From: an uncultured Nitrospinota bacterium
GTDB lineage: Bacteria; Tectomicrobia; Entotheonellia; J063; CAVPRW01
NCBI GenBank assembly: GCA_963707985.1
Contig: CAVPRW010000040.1
Coordinates: forward strand, 12,956-76,955
Reading direction: 5' to 3'
Length of the DNA stretch: 64,000 nucleotides
Position 1 is the first letter of the stretch. Each line of letters begins with the position of its first letter. Shown piece by piece: positions 1 to 10,391 of this stretch. Position numbers and translations under genes: made by a program. The notes below the pieces were generated by a model. The model saw only the letters and a program-made list of their open reading frames with translations. It did not search any database and had not been told where the DNA came from.

Positions 1-1625
1 AATCCCTTGACCTTCCGCTGGAGCTTCACCAGCCGGCCTGCCGGCAGCGAAGCCACCCTCTCCGATCCGACGCTGGTCAATCCCACCTTCGTCGTCGATG
101 CGCTTGGGACCTACGTGCTGCAGCTCCTCGTCAACGATGGCACCGTCGACAGCCTGCCGGATACGGTGATGGTCACCGCCGACAACATCCGCCCGGTGGC
201 CAATGCCGGCCCCGACCAGCCTCTCGTCTCGGTGCCGCAGACGGTGCAGCTCAACGGCAGCGGCTCGAGCGATGCCGATGGCAATCCCTTGACCTTCCGC
301 TGGAGCTTCACCAGCCGGCCTGCCGGCAGCGAAGCCACCCTCTCCAATCCGAACCTCCCGAATCCCACCTTCATTGCCGATGTGGTCGGCATCTACATGG
401 TGCAGCTCATCGTCAACGACGGCATTGTCGATAGCCCGGCGGATACGGTGATCGTCACCGCCGACAACATCCGCCCGGTGGCCAATGCCGGCCCCGACCA
501 GCCTCTCGTCTCGGTGCCGCAGCCGGTGCAGCTCAACGGCAGCGGCTCCAGCGATGCCGATGGCGACCCGCTCACCTTCGCCTGGGCTTTCACCAGCCGG
601 CCCGCCGGCAGTCAGGCCACCCTCTCCGATCCGACCCTGGTAAACCCCACCTTCGTCGCCGATCAACTCGGCACCTATGTGGTGCAGCTCCTCGTCAACG
701 ATGGCACCCTCGACAGTCCACTGGATGCGGTGATCGTCACCGCCGACAACATCCGCCCGGTGGCCAACGCTGGCCCCAATCAGCCTCTCGTCTCGGTGCC
801 GCAGCCGGTGCAGCTCGATGGCAGCGGCTCCAGCGATGCCGATGGCGATCCCTTGACCTTCCGCTGGAGCTTCACCAGTCGGCCTGCCGGCAGCGAAGCC
901 ACCCTTTCCAATCCGAACCTCCCGAATCCCACCTTCGTCGCCGATCAACTCGGCACCTATGTGGTGCAGCTCATCGTCAATGATGGCACCGTCGACAGCC
1001 CGGCGGCTACCGTCACGATCACCGCGGGCAACACCATCCCGGTGGCCAACGCGGGCCCCGATCAGACCGTCGTCTCCCAGGGCCTTCTCGGCTTCTGCGA
1101 GGTCGAGTCTGCTGAGGTGCAGCTTGACGGCAGTGACTCCAGCGATGCTGATGGCGATCCCTTGACCTTCCGCTGGAACTTCACCAGCTTGCCTGCCGGC
1201 AGTGGGGGTAGTCTGTTCCGTTCCACCACGGAGAACCCTACCTTTGAGTCATGCGGCTTCGGTACCTATGTGCTACAGCTCATCGTCAATGATGGGGCCA
1301 TCGACAGCCTGGCGGATACGGTGACCATTGTAGTGTCCAGACGGCCGCCGGTGGCCGACGCCGGCGACGACCAAGCCGTCCTCATAGGCCAGACGGTACA
1401 ACTCGACGGCAGTGGCTCCAGCGAAGCCGATGGCAATCCCCTACCTCCTTCCGCGACCTTCCGCTGGAGCTTCACCAGCCGGCCCCTCTACAGCCTGGCC
1501 ACCCTGGCCAATCCGAACAGCCCCAGCCCCACCTTTGGCGCTGATGTGCTGGGCGACTACGTGGTACAGCTCATCGTCAATAACGGCATAGTCGACAGCC
1601 CGGCGGATACCGTCACGATCACCAC
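1..1625 (+). repeat. Intragenic tandem repeat, 282-bp period, about 6 units visible
   Basis: Equivalent N/D-P-L codons at 1, 283, 565, 847, then 1156 and 1435 in the diverged units. Confidence 0.95.
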
Positions 1626-1767
1626 GACCGGGTATTACATTGGAGGGAGTATTGATAGCAAGACGAGGTTCGCTAGCATTATTGGAACAGCCAGTTTGAC
1701 GGTGATGATACTGGGGTTTTTTTCGAGAAGGCACCATGGAAGCACCAGACAGCGGATCGAGCGATAG
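1..1767 (+). CDS. PKD/Ig-like tandem-repeat cell-surface protein (5'-partial) with C-terminal hydrophobic anchor and basic tail
   Basis: About 94-aa repeats (PVANAGPDQ...VQLDGSGSSDADGDPLTFRWSF...GTYVVQLIVNDG..DS); C-terminus FASIIGTASLTVMILGFFSRRHH; frame open from base 1. Confidence 0.85.
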   Translation, partial: NPLTFRWSFTSRPAGSEATLSDPTLVNPTFVVDALGTYVLQLLVNDGTVDSLPDTVMVTADNIRPVANAGPDQPLVSVPQTVQLNGSGSSDADGNPLTFRWSFTSRPAGSEATLSNPNLPNPTFIADVVGIYMVQLIVNDGIVDSPADTVIVTADNIRPVANAGPDQPLVSVPQPVQLNGSGSSDADGDPLTFAWAFTSRPAGSQATLSDPTLVNPTFVADQLGTYVVQLLVNDGTLDSPLDAVIVTADNIRPVANAGPNQPLVSVPQPVQLDGSGSSDADGDPLTFRWSFTSRPAGSEATLSNPNLPNPTFVADQLGTYVVQLIVNDGTVDSPAATVTITAGNTIPVANAGPDQTVVSQGLLGFCEVESAEVQLDGSDSSDADGDPLTFRWNFTSLPAGSGGSLFRSTTENPTFESCGFGTYVLQLIVNDGAIDSLADTVTIVVSRRPPVADAGDDQAVLIGQTVQLDGSGSSEADGNPLPPSATFRWSFTSRPLYSLATLANPNSPSPTFGADVLGDYVVQLIVNNGIVDSPADTVTITTTGYYIGGSIDSKTRFASIIGTASLTVMILGFFSRRHHGSTRQRIER

Positions 1768-2037
1768 AGAGCAGCGGCAGTATCGACAGACCATTGGCAA
1801 GGATGTAGTTGGAACTCCATGGCTGCTTGGCGGACGGTTGCGTCCGCTATCGTACGCCATCGCGGTATACACGCGCAGACTGCATTGTATAGCAATCCAT
1901 GGCAGGCGAACGAGTGGTCGTGTACAAGGTTTCATGCCACGTCATCGGCACGCGACGGTGCTCTGGAAGGAGGATACATGTAATGTCGTGGCGATCACCT
2001 TGAGGTGTGGCTCAGTGATAGGCCGCTGGCCAAGGAG

Positions 2038-3871
2038 ATGAAGTTAGCCGAGGCAATGATGCCCAGCGATCGCACTGGTAGGCTCGCCCTGCTGACCGTC
2101 TTGCTGCTACACATGGCGGCGACGTGCTACGTGCTGCCGCCGACGGCGATCCCGCGCGATGATTCACTGCCGGGGAATGACTATCCCGTCCACACGCATA
2201 GGGTGTATTTGATGCAAGTGGCATTACGTGAAGGGGGGCTACCGTGGGGATATGACCCCAATCTCTCAGCAGGCTTTGCGATAGACCCAGCCCAAGACAC
2301 AGGGAAGCCGCAGCAGATCTTAGGTGTATTACTTCCGTTCCTCCATCCTGCGACGGTGGTAGCGCTTTTCGCCTTCGTGGTACTCCTCGCAGGGCCACTG
2401 CTGTTGGTCTTGGCATGCTGCCACATGAAACTCACTCTGAGCGTTCAGGCGTGGGTGCTAATCAGCATACTGGCACCACTCTGGCTCATAAACGGCCTCC
2501 TGTACCAGTTTATGGTCTTCGGGATGGTCGCGTACGTCGCCTCGGCGTTCGCCTCGCCCTGGGCGATGACACACTTTCTTCGCTTTATCGATCAGCCGAC
2601 TGTGTGGCGGTGGCTCGGATTCACTACTGCGGGATGCTTTTTGTTCCTACTACACGTGGTAGGTCCGATGGCAATTGTGACGCCGCTCGTGTTGTATACA
2701 CTTCTGGCGCGGCCATTAGCCGTGCGGTGGCGCATGGCAACGATGTTGACACCGCTGCTCATTGCAGCGCTCAATGCGTTCTGGTTCGTACCCCTGATGC
2801 TGGCTTTGGGTATGCCACGACCACCGTGGGCAGATGTGCCAGCCCAGCTTCTGCACAAATTCTTCATGTTTAAAAGTTGGGCAGAGTTGGCGGCGCACCT
2901 TACTCTTCTGGAGATGGCACTTTACGCCTTGGGGGTAGGCGCGGCGCTGGCTGGGCTTATGCTGCTAGTAAAGAAAGCTGGACGGCGAGCTGCTATCGCG
3001 TGCGGTCTAGCAGGATTCTCCTGCCTCTTCCTGGGGTTGTTCGGTTCGTTCGTGCCAGTCATTGTCTACATGCAGCCGTTGCGGTTGCTGATTCCAGCGA
3101 CGGTGTTTCTGGGGTTACCAGTGGGTGTATTGGTCGAAGCCTTCCTGAGGAAGATACGCGTAGCGCCGGAGCTCGCCGCAGTGGTTATCGCCGTAGAGCT
3201 AGCGGGGTTGACTGTATTCCAGGGCTGGCTACAGCCCATGCAACAGACGTCGGCGTCCCAAGTATTAAAGGGTTTCGTGATGGAGCATACTTCGCCAGGC
3301 GATCGGCTGCTCATTCAGAGCCTAGACCAGCAGACCAAGGCCATGCCGCTTTCATTGGGACGTGAAGTCATCGGCGATACCTTCCCCGTGCTCAATGATC
3401 CCATCCAGTTCGAGGCAAATTCCGTCTTTGGCAAGACGTTTAGGCGCCTGGCAATCGGAGGAGCTGCGTAAGGCGCTGCATCGTTATGGAGTTGCATTCG
3501 TGCTTACGCTCACGCCAGAGGCGGGAGCGCTGTTCGCAAAAACACTCGGGGAGCCGGGGAAGTTGGTGGGAGCCTACCAGGTGTTTACGGTACGTCCTCC
3601 GACCGGACGCTTCCTCATCGGGGAAGGCAAGGTGAAGGCAGCACTCAATCGACTGCAGCTTTCGGGGGTACACCCCGAACGTGAGTTGGTCGTGTTACGG
3701 TACCGTTATCACCCCGCGTGGGTGGCCTCAAATGGTCAACGAGTCGAGTACTTCCCAGTGCCGGAGGACCCAGCCGGCTTCATCGCCCTGCGCAACCCGC
3801 CAGCCGAGCTGACGCTGAGGTTCAGCCCATGGGCAATGCTCTGGACACCCTGGCCAGCGTTATCAAAATAG
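2038..3871 (+). CDS. Polytopic membrane protein, GT-C/YfhO/PTPS-related-like glycosyltransferase; one frameshift near 3445
   Basis: First loop DYPVH..WGYDP..AG, about 11 hydrophobic segments, soluble C-terminus with LRYRYHPAW; ORFs 2005-3471 and 3362-3871 join; AAGGAG before ATG 2038. Confidence 0.6.
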
Positions 3872-4264
3872 CCAGCACATCTATACAGTGACTGATAGGT
3901 GTGGAATACTTGCCATATGAACACGACCTATACCCTTCATTGATACGGGCCGTGTTGCTCGGGTCGTGTACTTACAACGAACGGATCATTGCAGACCCAG
4001 AAAATCAGGTAGGATCTGCTCATTTCACCATGACTCTAGTCCTGTGTCGATCCCGACGGTGTCGCAAAGATTTTGGTCACACTCAAATGATTTAATGATT
4101 TCCCGCCTGAATGTCCATCCGGGTACTCATCATTCGACTAACCGATGGAGGGACACCCATGAAAAACATGTTGCCGAGACACATGGACGAGCGGGTTCTG
4201 AGTGAGACCACACGGGAGGCGTGTGACGCGGAATCCCTGCGGCTCACACATCAGCTCAAATCGC

Positions 4265-4545
4265 CTGGGTTATGACCCGCAAAAGCAGCGGTACGTGGGC
4301 ACGTGGATCGGATCGATGATGACCCATCTCTGAGTATACGACGGTGCGCTGGACGCGGCCGGAAGGGTGCTGTCGCTCAACGCTGAGGGTTCCCACCCGG
4401 CCGCTGAGGGGAAGATGACGACGTACAAGGACGTGATCGAGTTCACGGCGACGATCACCGGGTGCTGACCTCGTACCTGCTGGGCCATGACGGGGAGTGG
4501 CACGGCGCCATGGTGGCGAACTATCGGCGAATGGAGTCGCCATGA
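4265..4545 (+). pseudogene. DUF1579-family C-terminal fragment
   Basis: Manual translation LGYDPQKQRYVGTWIGSMMTHL*VYDGALD...YKDVIEF/DDHRVLTS...YRR, with an in-frame stop and a frameshift. Confidence 0.65.
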
Positions 4546-4799
4546 GCGCCAGGGCACTCAGCCGCTGATTGCACGATAGTAGGTACGGTAGGCCCAGTCA
4601 TCCCTGCGAACCGTATATATGCCGCTAAAGGCTCCTGGAACCCCCCATGCCTTTGACACGCGTGAGTGGGTGGTGCGCAATACAACTGTTGCAATCGAAG
4701 GTATAGCAATTCTTGCTCACGACCATGATTGTCGTCTACACCCTCTCGACGGTCACGCGGTGTGCGACAATCACTTCTAACACCTGACGAGGAGATGCC

Positions 4800-5103
4800 A
4801 TGCAACTCCAACCCTATCTTTTCTTCGATGGCCGCTGCGAAGGGCGCGTGCCTCAAGTTCTCTGGAGGGAAGCACATCGTGATCGATGGGCCCTGCCCCG
4901 AGACGAAAGAGCTACTCGGCAGCTTCTGGATCATCCAGGTGAAGTCAAAGGTTGAGGCGATCGAACGAATGATCATCCTTTATCCTGACTATGCCAGCGA
5001 GGTACATATGGCAGACTTCACACATTATCAGGATGTGGTGTTGTTGCGTGATATCTCCGAGGAAGGGTTGTGTGCAGACGATGTAGGCGCAGGAAAGGTG
5101 TAA
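4800..5103 (+). pseudogene. Chimeric remnant: PhnB/VOC N-terminus, YciI/DGPF middle, DUF4926 N-terminus
   Basis: MQLQPYLFFDGRCE; KFSGGKHIVIDGPCPETKELLGSFWIIQVKSK; YQDVVLLRDISEEGLCADDVG. Confidence 0.55.
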
Positions 5104-5172
5104 CCGCCCCTTTGTTGCGCAGTATGGCCGTGTCAGCAGTGCTGGTGTCACACGACCCGCTTTTTCCTGGTT

Positions 5173-7284
5173 TTAGAGGAGAGGGATCGTCAGGGTGAAG
5201 GTGGTGCCGCCCTCTCGATCCAAGTGGAGATTCCCCCCGAGCTGCTCGGTGAGCATCGAGATGAGTTTGAGCCCCAGGGTGTTGGTGTGCTGCCAGTCCA
5301 ACGCCGGTGGAACGCCCACCCCACTATCTCGCACCCACATGGTGAGCTGGTGCGGAGTACAGTTCAGCCCCACATCGATCGTGCCGGCTCTGCCAGCGGG
5401 GAAGGCATGCTTAAGAGCGTTAGAGAAGAGTTCATGGAAGATGAGGGCGCATGGCGCTGCCTTGTCGATGTCCAACGTGAGGGGATCGGCGTGTATATTC
5501 AGCCGAATACGCCGAAGGGTCATCTCGTAGGCACGGAGGAGTTGCGTTGCCAAACGCCGCACATATACATCAAAAGGTACCCGCGACAGATCGTCCGCCT
5601 GGTAGAGGGCTTCATGGATGAGGGCCATGGCCTGGATACGCTGCCGACAATCTTGCATCAGACTCTGGAGGTGCGGGTCGTCAATGACACGGAGTTGGAG
5701 ATTCAACAGGCTTGAGACAATCTGCAGGTTGTTCTTCACCCGATGATGAATCTCCCGGAGCAGAACCTCCTTTTCCCTGAGCGAGGTCTGCAGCTGTGCC
5801 TCCGCTGCCGTGCGACGGACCAGCTCGTCCTGGGCGGCGTGATAGAGCTGAGCATTGCGAATGGCCGTCGCGGCATAGTCCGCCAGCCGCAGCAGGACGA
5901 CCTCATGCTGTGCCGTAAAGGGCGGGACGCAGGATTCGAGACGTAAAGGACCCCCTCAACCCGGGAGCCGATGATGATCGGCACCGTGAGGATGGCCAGT
6001 CTGCCGTCGGTGCGTATATAGTTTACGTAGTCTTTACTGAAGCGTGTGTCTGCAGCATAGTCCGCCGTCCGCAGCGGTTGTCCAGTCGCGACCACCCATC
6101 CCCCCATCCCCTTGCCAGGTTCGATGCGGAGGTCCATGTAAGGCATCTGTGGAAAGCCCACCTGATAGCGACTGACCAGGGATTCGCTACCTGGCTCGCG
6201 CAGCATGATGAGTCCACGCTCGCTGTCGCACAGCTCTTGTGCTCCTTCAGCCACCCGCTGCAGGACCATGTCCAGCTCCAGCGAGGTGTTGAGGGTCTGT
6301 GCCAGCTGGGCCAATATTTCGGCCTCACGCTGCCGCTGCAGGCGCTCCGCCTCCGCCTGTTTACGTGCGGTTATCTCCATACCCACACCGAGCATGCGCC
6401 GCGGCTGGTCGGTTTCATCATACAACACTCGCCCCTTACCCAACATCCAATGGACGCTGCCGTCCGGCCACAGAATGCGAAATTCCGCCTCAAAGGCAGT
6501 CCCGGACTTCAACGCATGGGCCACCGCTTGCCTGAACCAAGCGCGATCCTCCGCATGGATGATGTCGAGAAAGGCCTCATACGTGCCTTGGAAGCTGCCA
6601 GGGGCAAAGCCGTGCATAGGTTCCAGCACCGTGGACCACTGCAGTGTGCCAGTCTGGACTTCCCACTCCCAGGCACCCATTTGCCCTGCCTCCAAGGCCA
6701 GGTACAGGCGCTCCTCCCGGTCCCTCAGTGCTAGCTTCAGCCCGCGCGCGCTCGACAACCTCCGCCTGCAGCGTCGCATTAGCCCGAGCTAGTGCGGACG
6801 TCCGCTCCTGTACCTGTCGATCGAGCTCTTCATAGGACTTTCGGAGCGCCGCCTCGCCCCGCACACGCTCGGTAGCGTCATGGGCCATGGCCAGGATAGC
6901 CTTGCGTCCGCGAAAGACGACCGCAGACCGGACAATGTCGACATCGATGATCGTGCCATTCTGGGTGCGGTGGCGCCACATGTTGGGCAGCTCGCCACCC
7001 GTGCGGTCCTGTGCGACAGGCGACCGTTGACTGTGGGATAGCACAAGGGGGACTTCCTCCGGCAGGCGGAGGTCCTGCATGGTCATGCGTGAGAACTCGT
7101 CCCGTGTGTAGCCGTAGCGACGGATGGCAGCCTCATTCACTTCGAGGAACGCCAGCGTCACCTCATCCATAAACCACATGGGGGTAGGGTGATGCAGGAA
7201 AAGCAGCTGGTAGGAGGCCTCCTGCTCATGCCTCATTTCAACACGTGGGCGAGTGGTGACCGTGTCCGGGAGCATATCCATCAT
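5173..7284 (-). CDS. PAS-PAS-GAF sensor histidine kinase (HisKA_2/HWE type); two frameshifts (about 6730 and 5900)
   Basis: PAS ([29 protein letters not shown]), [37 protein letters not shown] across three consecutive ORFs. Confidence 0.85.
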
Positions 7285-7754
7285 CTGCACCCCTCTAGGA
7301 CAGTGTGGACCGTGTCGGCCGCCTGTATACCGGAGGCGGGGTAGCTTCGGCCCAACGATATCGTCCCACGCGTCGAGAAGCTCGACAAAGCGCTGGAGGT
7401 CCAGCTTCATACAACGCTCGGGATGGACGTCATTTCCAGCGCCGAGAGGAGTTTCATCCGTAGCTCTGTGACAGCGGGGTGTCACTGCCTTCCTTATAGC
7501 GCGCCAACAGGCAGAGGTCAAGCACTGCGGTTGGTACAACTTCATTCCGCCGCCCACACCGCTCCTAGCCGATATCGTGGGGCAAATCATGCGAGCCTGG
7601 CCTCTTCCCGAGTATTGCGGAGAGTGCGGAGAGTTTGGATAGAGGTCTTTAGGGGGAGATCGGGGCGCTTGTGGCGGTTCGCTGCACCATAGCGGGAACT
7701 AGCGGTTCGCATACATGCCGGGCCTGAAGCGGCTAGGGGGGTTGGCGCGAAGGC

Positions 7755-9137
7755 TCAGCCCTCAGGGTTACGCGGCGAACGCACTTGTGGATGCATGCGC
7801 CCAGCAACCGCTCGCACCTGTCGCGGCGCCGCTAGCCAGATGGCCCCTGCTGACAGCATACTGCAGCCAATGGCCATGCAGAAGGCCAGAGTGTAGCTGC
7901 CGGTGGCGTCGTGTACCACACCGGTCACCCACGGCCCAGCGGCCCCACCTGCAATAGCCGCGAGCATCAAGGTGCCGAAAATTGTCCCATAGTGCTGGCC
8001 CTGGAAGATTTCGGCCGGGATGGCGCCAATGACCGAGGTGAGGCCATAGCCGAGCATTCCCTGCGAAACGACCATCAGGACGAGCAGTATCGGCGTTGCT
8101 CCCTGGCGGAGACCGAGCAGGGCCAGATAGCAGAGCGCGAAACCCAGACTCCCCACCGTCCAAACCCATTCGCGCCCGATGCGGTCTGAGACATGCCCCA
8201 GCACTATTTGGCCTGGGATTCCGGTCAGGCTGACGAAGCCCAGAGCCCAGGCAGCGTGCGTCGCACTGACTCCCACCTCGACTAGATATTTCGTCTGGTG
8301 CACCTGCACCGCGTACCAGGCGTACAAACCACAGCCATATCCCACCGCGATCCACCAGAAGCGAGCCGTGCGCATGGCCCGGCCAAGCGTCCAGTCCAGC
8401 GCGACCCAAGCGGGGTCCACAACATTGGGTATCGAGTCGTCTCCTGCGCTGATGGGCCCGGTGCGGTCGCCGTCAGGCTCGAGCCCGAGATCTTCGGGGC
8501 GCCGTTTCAGCAGCAGGTTGAGCGGTGCCAGCAGCGCCAACACCAGAAGACCCAGCATCCAGCATGCGTCACGCCAGCCAGCGCGCCCAATCATGGTCTG
8601 CAACCAGGGCAGAACGATGATCGAGCCCACGCCCACCCCAGAGAAGGCGATGCTCATGGCCAGACCGCGACGGCGCACAAACCAGTTGGGGAGAAAGAGC
8701 GATTGACCGGTATATCCCAGACAGTTGGCGCCACCGCCGACGAGCACGCCGAGCGTGGCATAAAGGTGCCACGGCTGGCGCACCAGCGGGGCCAGCATCA
8801 ATCCGGCCGCCATGCATCCCACGCCGATCTCGATCACCACCCGCGGGCCGCGGCGATCCATAAGGCGGCCGACAAAGGGGCTCAGGACGGCCGAGACCAG
8901 AAAGCCAAAAGAGAACGCCCCTGCCGTCACGCCGCGCTCCCAGCCGAACTCCTCGAGAATGGGAGGGAAAAGGAGCGAAAAGGCGGTACGCGTGCTGACG
9001 CCCAGGCCCATGGTAACAAAGGCCACGGCCACGACGACCCAGCCATAGAAGAAGGGGAGACGCTGGGGACTGAAGGTCCCCGACCATGGCCTAAGAGACA
9101 CCCCGGACACCTGAGGTCTCCTTCGACCGTAGCTCAT
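7755..9137 (-). CDS. MFS transporter
   Basis: FFYGWVVV start, motif A GRLMDRRGPR and GHVSDRIGRE, about 12 TM. Confidence 0.9.
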   Translation of the reverse strand: MSYGRRRPQVSGVSLRPWSGTFSPQRLPFFYGWVVVAVAFVTMGLGVSTRTAFSLLFPPILEEFGWERGVTAGAFSFGFLVSAVLSPFVGRLMDRRGPRVVIEIGVGCMAAGLMLAPLVRQPWHLYATLGVLVGGGANCLGYTGQSLFLPNWFVRRRGLAMSIAFSGVGVGSIIVLPWLQTMIGRAGWRDACWMLGLLVLALLAPLNLLLKRRPEDLGLEPDGDRTGPISAGDDSIPNVVDPAWVALDWTLGRAMRTARFWWIAVGYGCGLYAWYAVQVHQTKYLVEVGVSATHAAWALGFVSLTGIPGQIVLGHVSDRIGREWVWTVGSLGFALCYLALLGLRQGATPILLVLMVVSQGMLGYGLTSVIGAIPAEIFQGQHYGTIFGTLMLAAIAGGAAGPWVTGVVHDATGSYTLAFCMAIGCSMLSAGAIWLAAPRQVRAVAGRMHPQVRSPRNPEG

Positions 9138-9331
9138 CGTGTCGCCTCTGCTGCCGACGCCGGCATCAGGTGCATTGGGAGCTCGCCTCAGCTATAGGAG
9201 TCATACGACGGCAATCATCCATCACGCGAGCCCGGTCGGACGGCACGCTCTCCTCTCTAGCAGAGAGCCGGATGGACCGTTCCCAGAACGCTTCCTTCAC
9301 GCACGCGCTCCGGAAGCGCAATCATCAGCCA

Positions 9332-9889
9332 TTAGACCGGCAAAACGGGCTCGGTACGCTGTTCTGGTAACTGCACGTCAAAGGCATTGAGGATGAACGC
9401 CGTCTGGGCGTAGGAGCCCATCAAGACTGTCAGTTCCGACAGGTGTTGAGCCCCGAACTGATCCAGGGCAGCCTGGAAGGTCTTTTGGCTGACCTTGTGG
9501 GTTTGGAAAAACTCCATGGCGTAGTTGACCACCGCCGCTTCATCGGCGCTCATCGGCGGTAAGGGTTGACGGTCCCGCAGCGCGTTAATCAAGGCATCGC
9601 TCACCCCGGCTCGACGGGCAGCCGGTGCATGGGCGTTCCAGACATAGGGGCAGTCCATCGCCCGGGCCGTCGTGATAATCGCCAGTTCCTGGATTCTCTT
9701 GGGAAAGGTGGTTTCGTACCGCAGGTAACTGGTCAAATGGTTGCGGCGGCGGGCCATCTCCGGGCTGTTGATGGTAATCGACCCTGGGCCGGAGGCAATG
9801 ACTCCGCCGCTTTCGGCGGTCAGCGCGTCGAACGCTTCGCGAAACTGTTCCGGGACCTGCTCGCGCTTAACGATGGGTACACGTGCCAT
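9332..9889 (-). CDS. Carboxymuconolactone decarboxylase/AhpD-like protein
   Basis: ELAIITTARAMDCPYVWNAHA; RBS AGGAGG before MARVPIV. Confidence 0.8.
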   Translation of the reverse strand: MARVPIVKREQVPEQFREAFDALTAESGGVIASGPGSITINSPEMARRRNHLTSYLRYETTFPKRIQELAIITTARAMDCPYVWNAHAPAARRAGVSDALINALRDRQPLPPMSADEAAVVNYAMEFFQTHKVSQKTFQAALDQFGAQHLSELTVLMGSYAQTAFILNAFDVQLPEQRTEPVLPV

Positions 9890-10151
9890 AACAGTCCTCC
9901 TCCCCTTGTGCAAACGGACACTCTTCCCGTGCTGCTTCGTTCAGTTCCAGTCGCAAAGCCCCTGAGCTCCAGGGGTGGCAGCAGTCTTAGCAGCCCTATA
10001 GTACTCGTCGCCCTATGCTGTGGCAAGCGTTATAGGTGTCGATCTCGAACTGATGGGGCTCGAAGGGTAAACCATCCGGGTGGCAGTGTCACACCGTGTC
10101 GCATCGCGTCCAGTGTTGCCGTGCTGCGGTCCCTTGCTGGTGAAAAAATGG

Positions 10152-10180
10152 TTGACGTTCAGGGAGATGTCGCCTAGCAT
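10152..10180 (+). promoter_or_regulatory. Sigma-70-like promoter candidate for rimO-tmk
   Basis: TTGACG-17 bp-TAGCAT. Confidence 0.5.
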
Positions 10181-10391
10181 AACGCGGCATAACTCTTCTG
10201 ATTTTTAGCACTGTTACAGGCCTCGTACACCCTAAGGGCATCGTCACTCATGCTTTGGCTCACGCTCTATACACGCTTTACACGCTTACAGCGTGGTGCG
10301 TGTCGACGCGGGAGGCACCGAAAGCACGCAGGTCACGCGGAAGGCGATGGGGTCGGGAACAGATGCACCGGTGGTCAAAGGAGATAAGTCG

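Noticed and set aside
1..1625. Repeat array as CRISPR or non-coding repeat
   Set aside because: The 282-bp period is in frame and coding, with no repeat-spacer structure or cas genes.
8179..9197. Long antisense ORFs here and elsewhere (e.g. 26775-27569, 50795-51685, 52911-53699)
   Set aside because: Shadow frames of well-supported genes in GC-rich DNA.
10261..10292. Short ACACGCT repeats upstream of rimO
   Set aside because: Irregular spacing and low complexity; no support for function.
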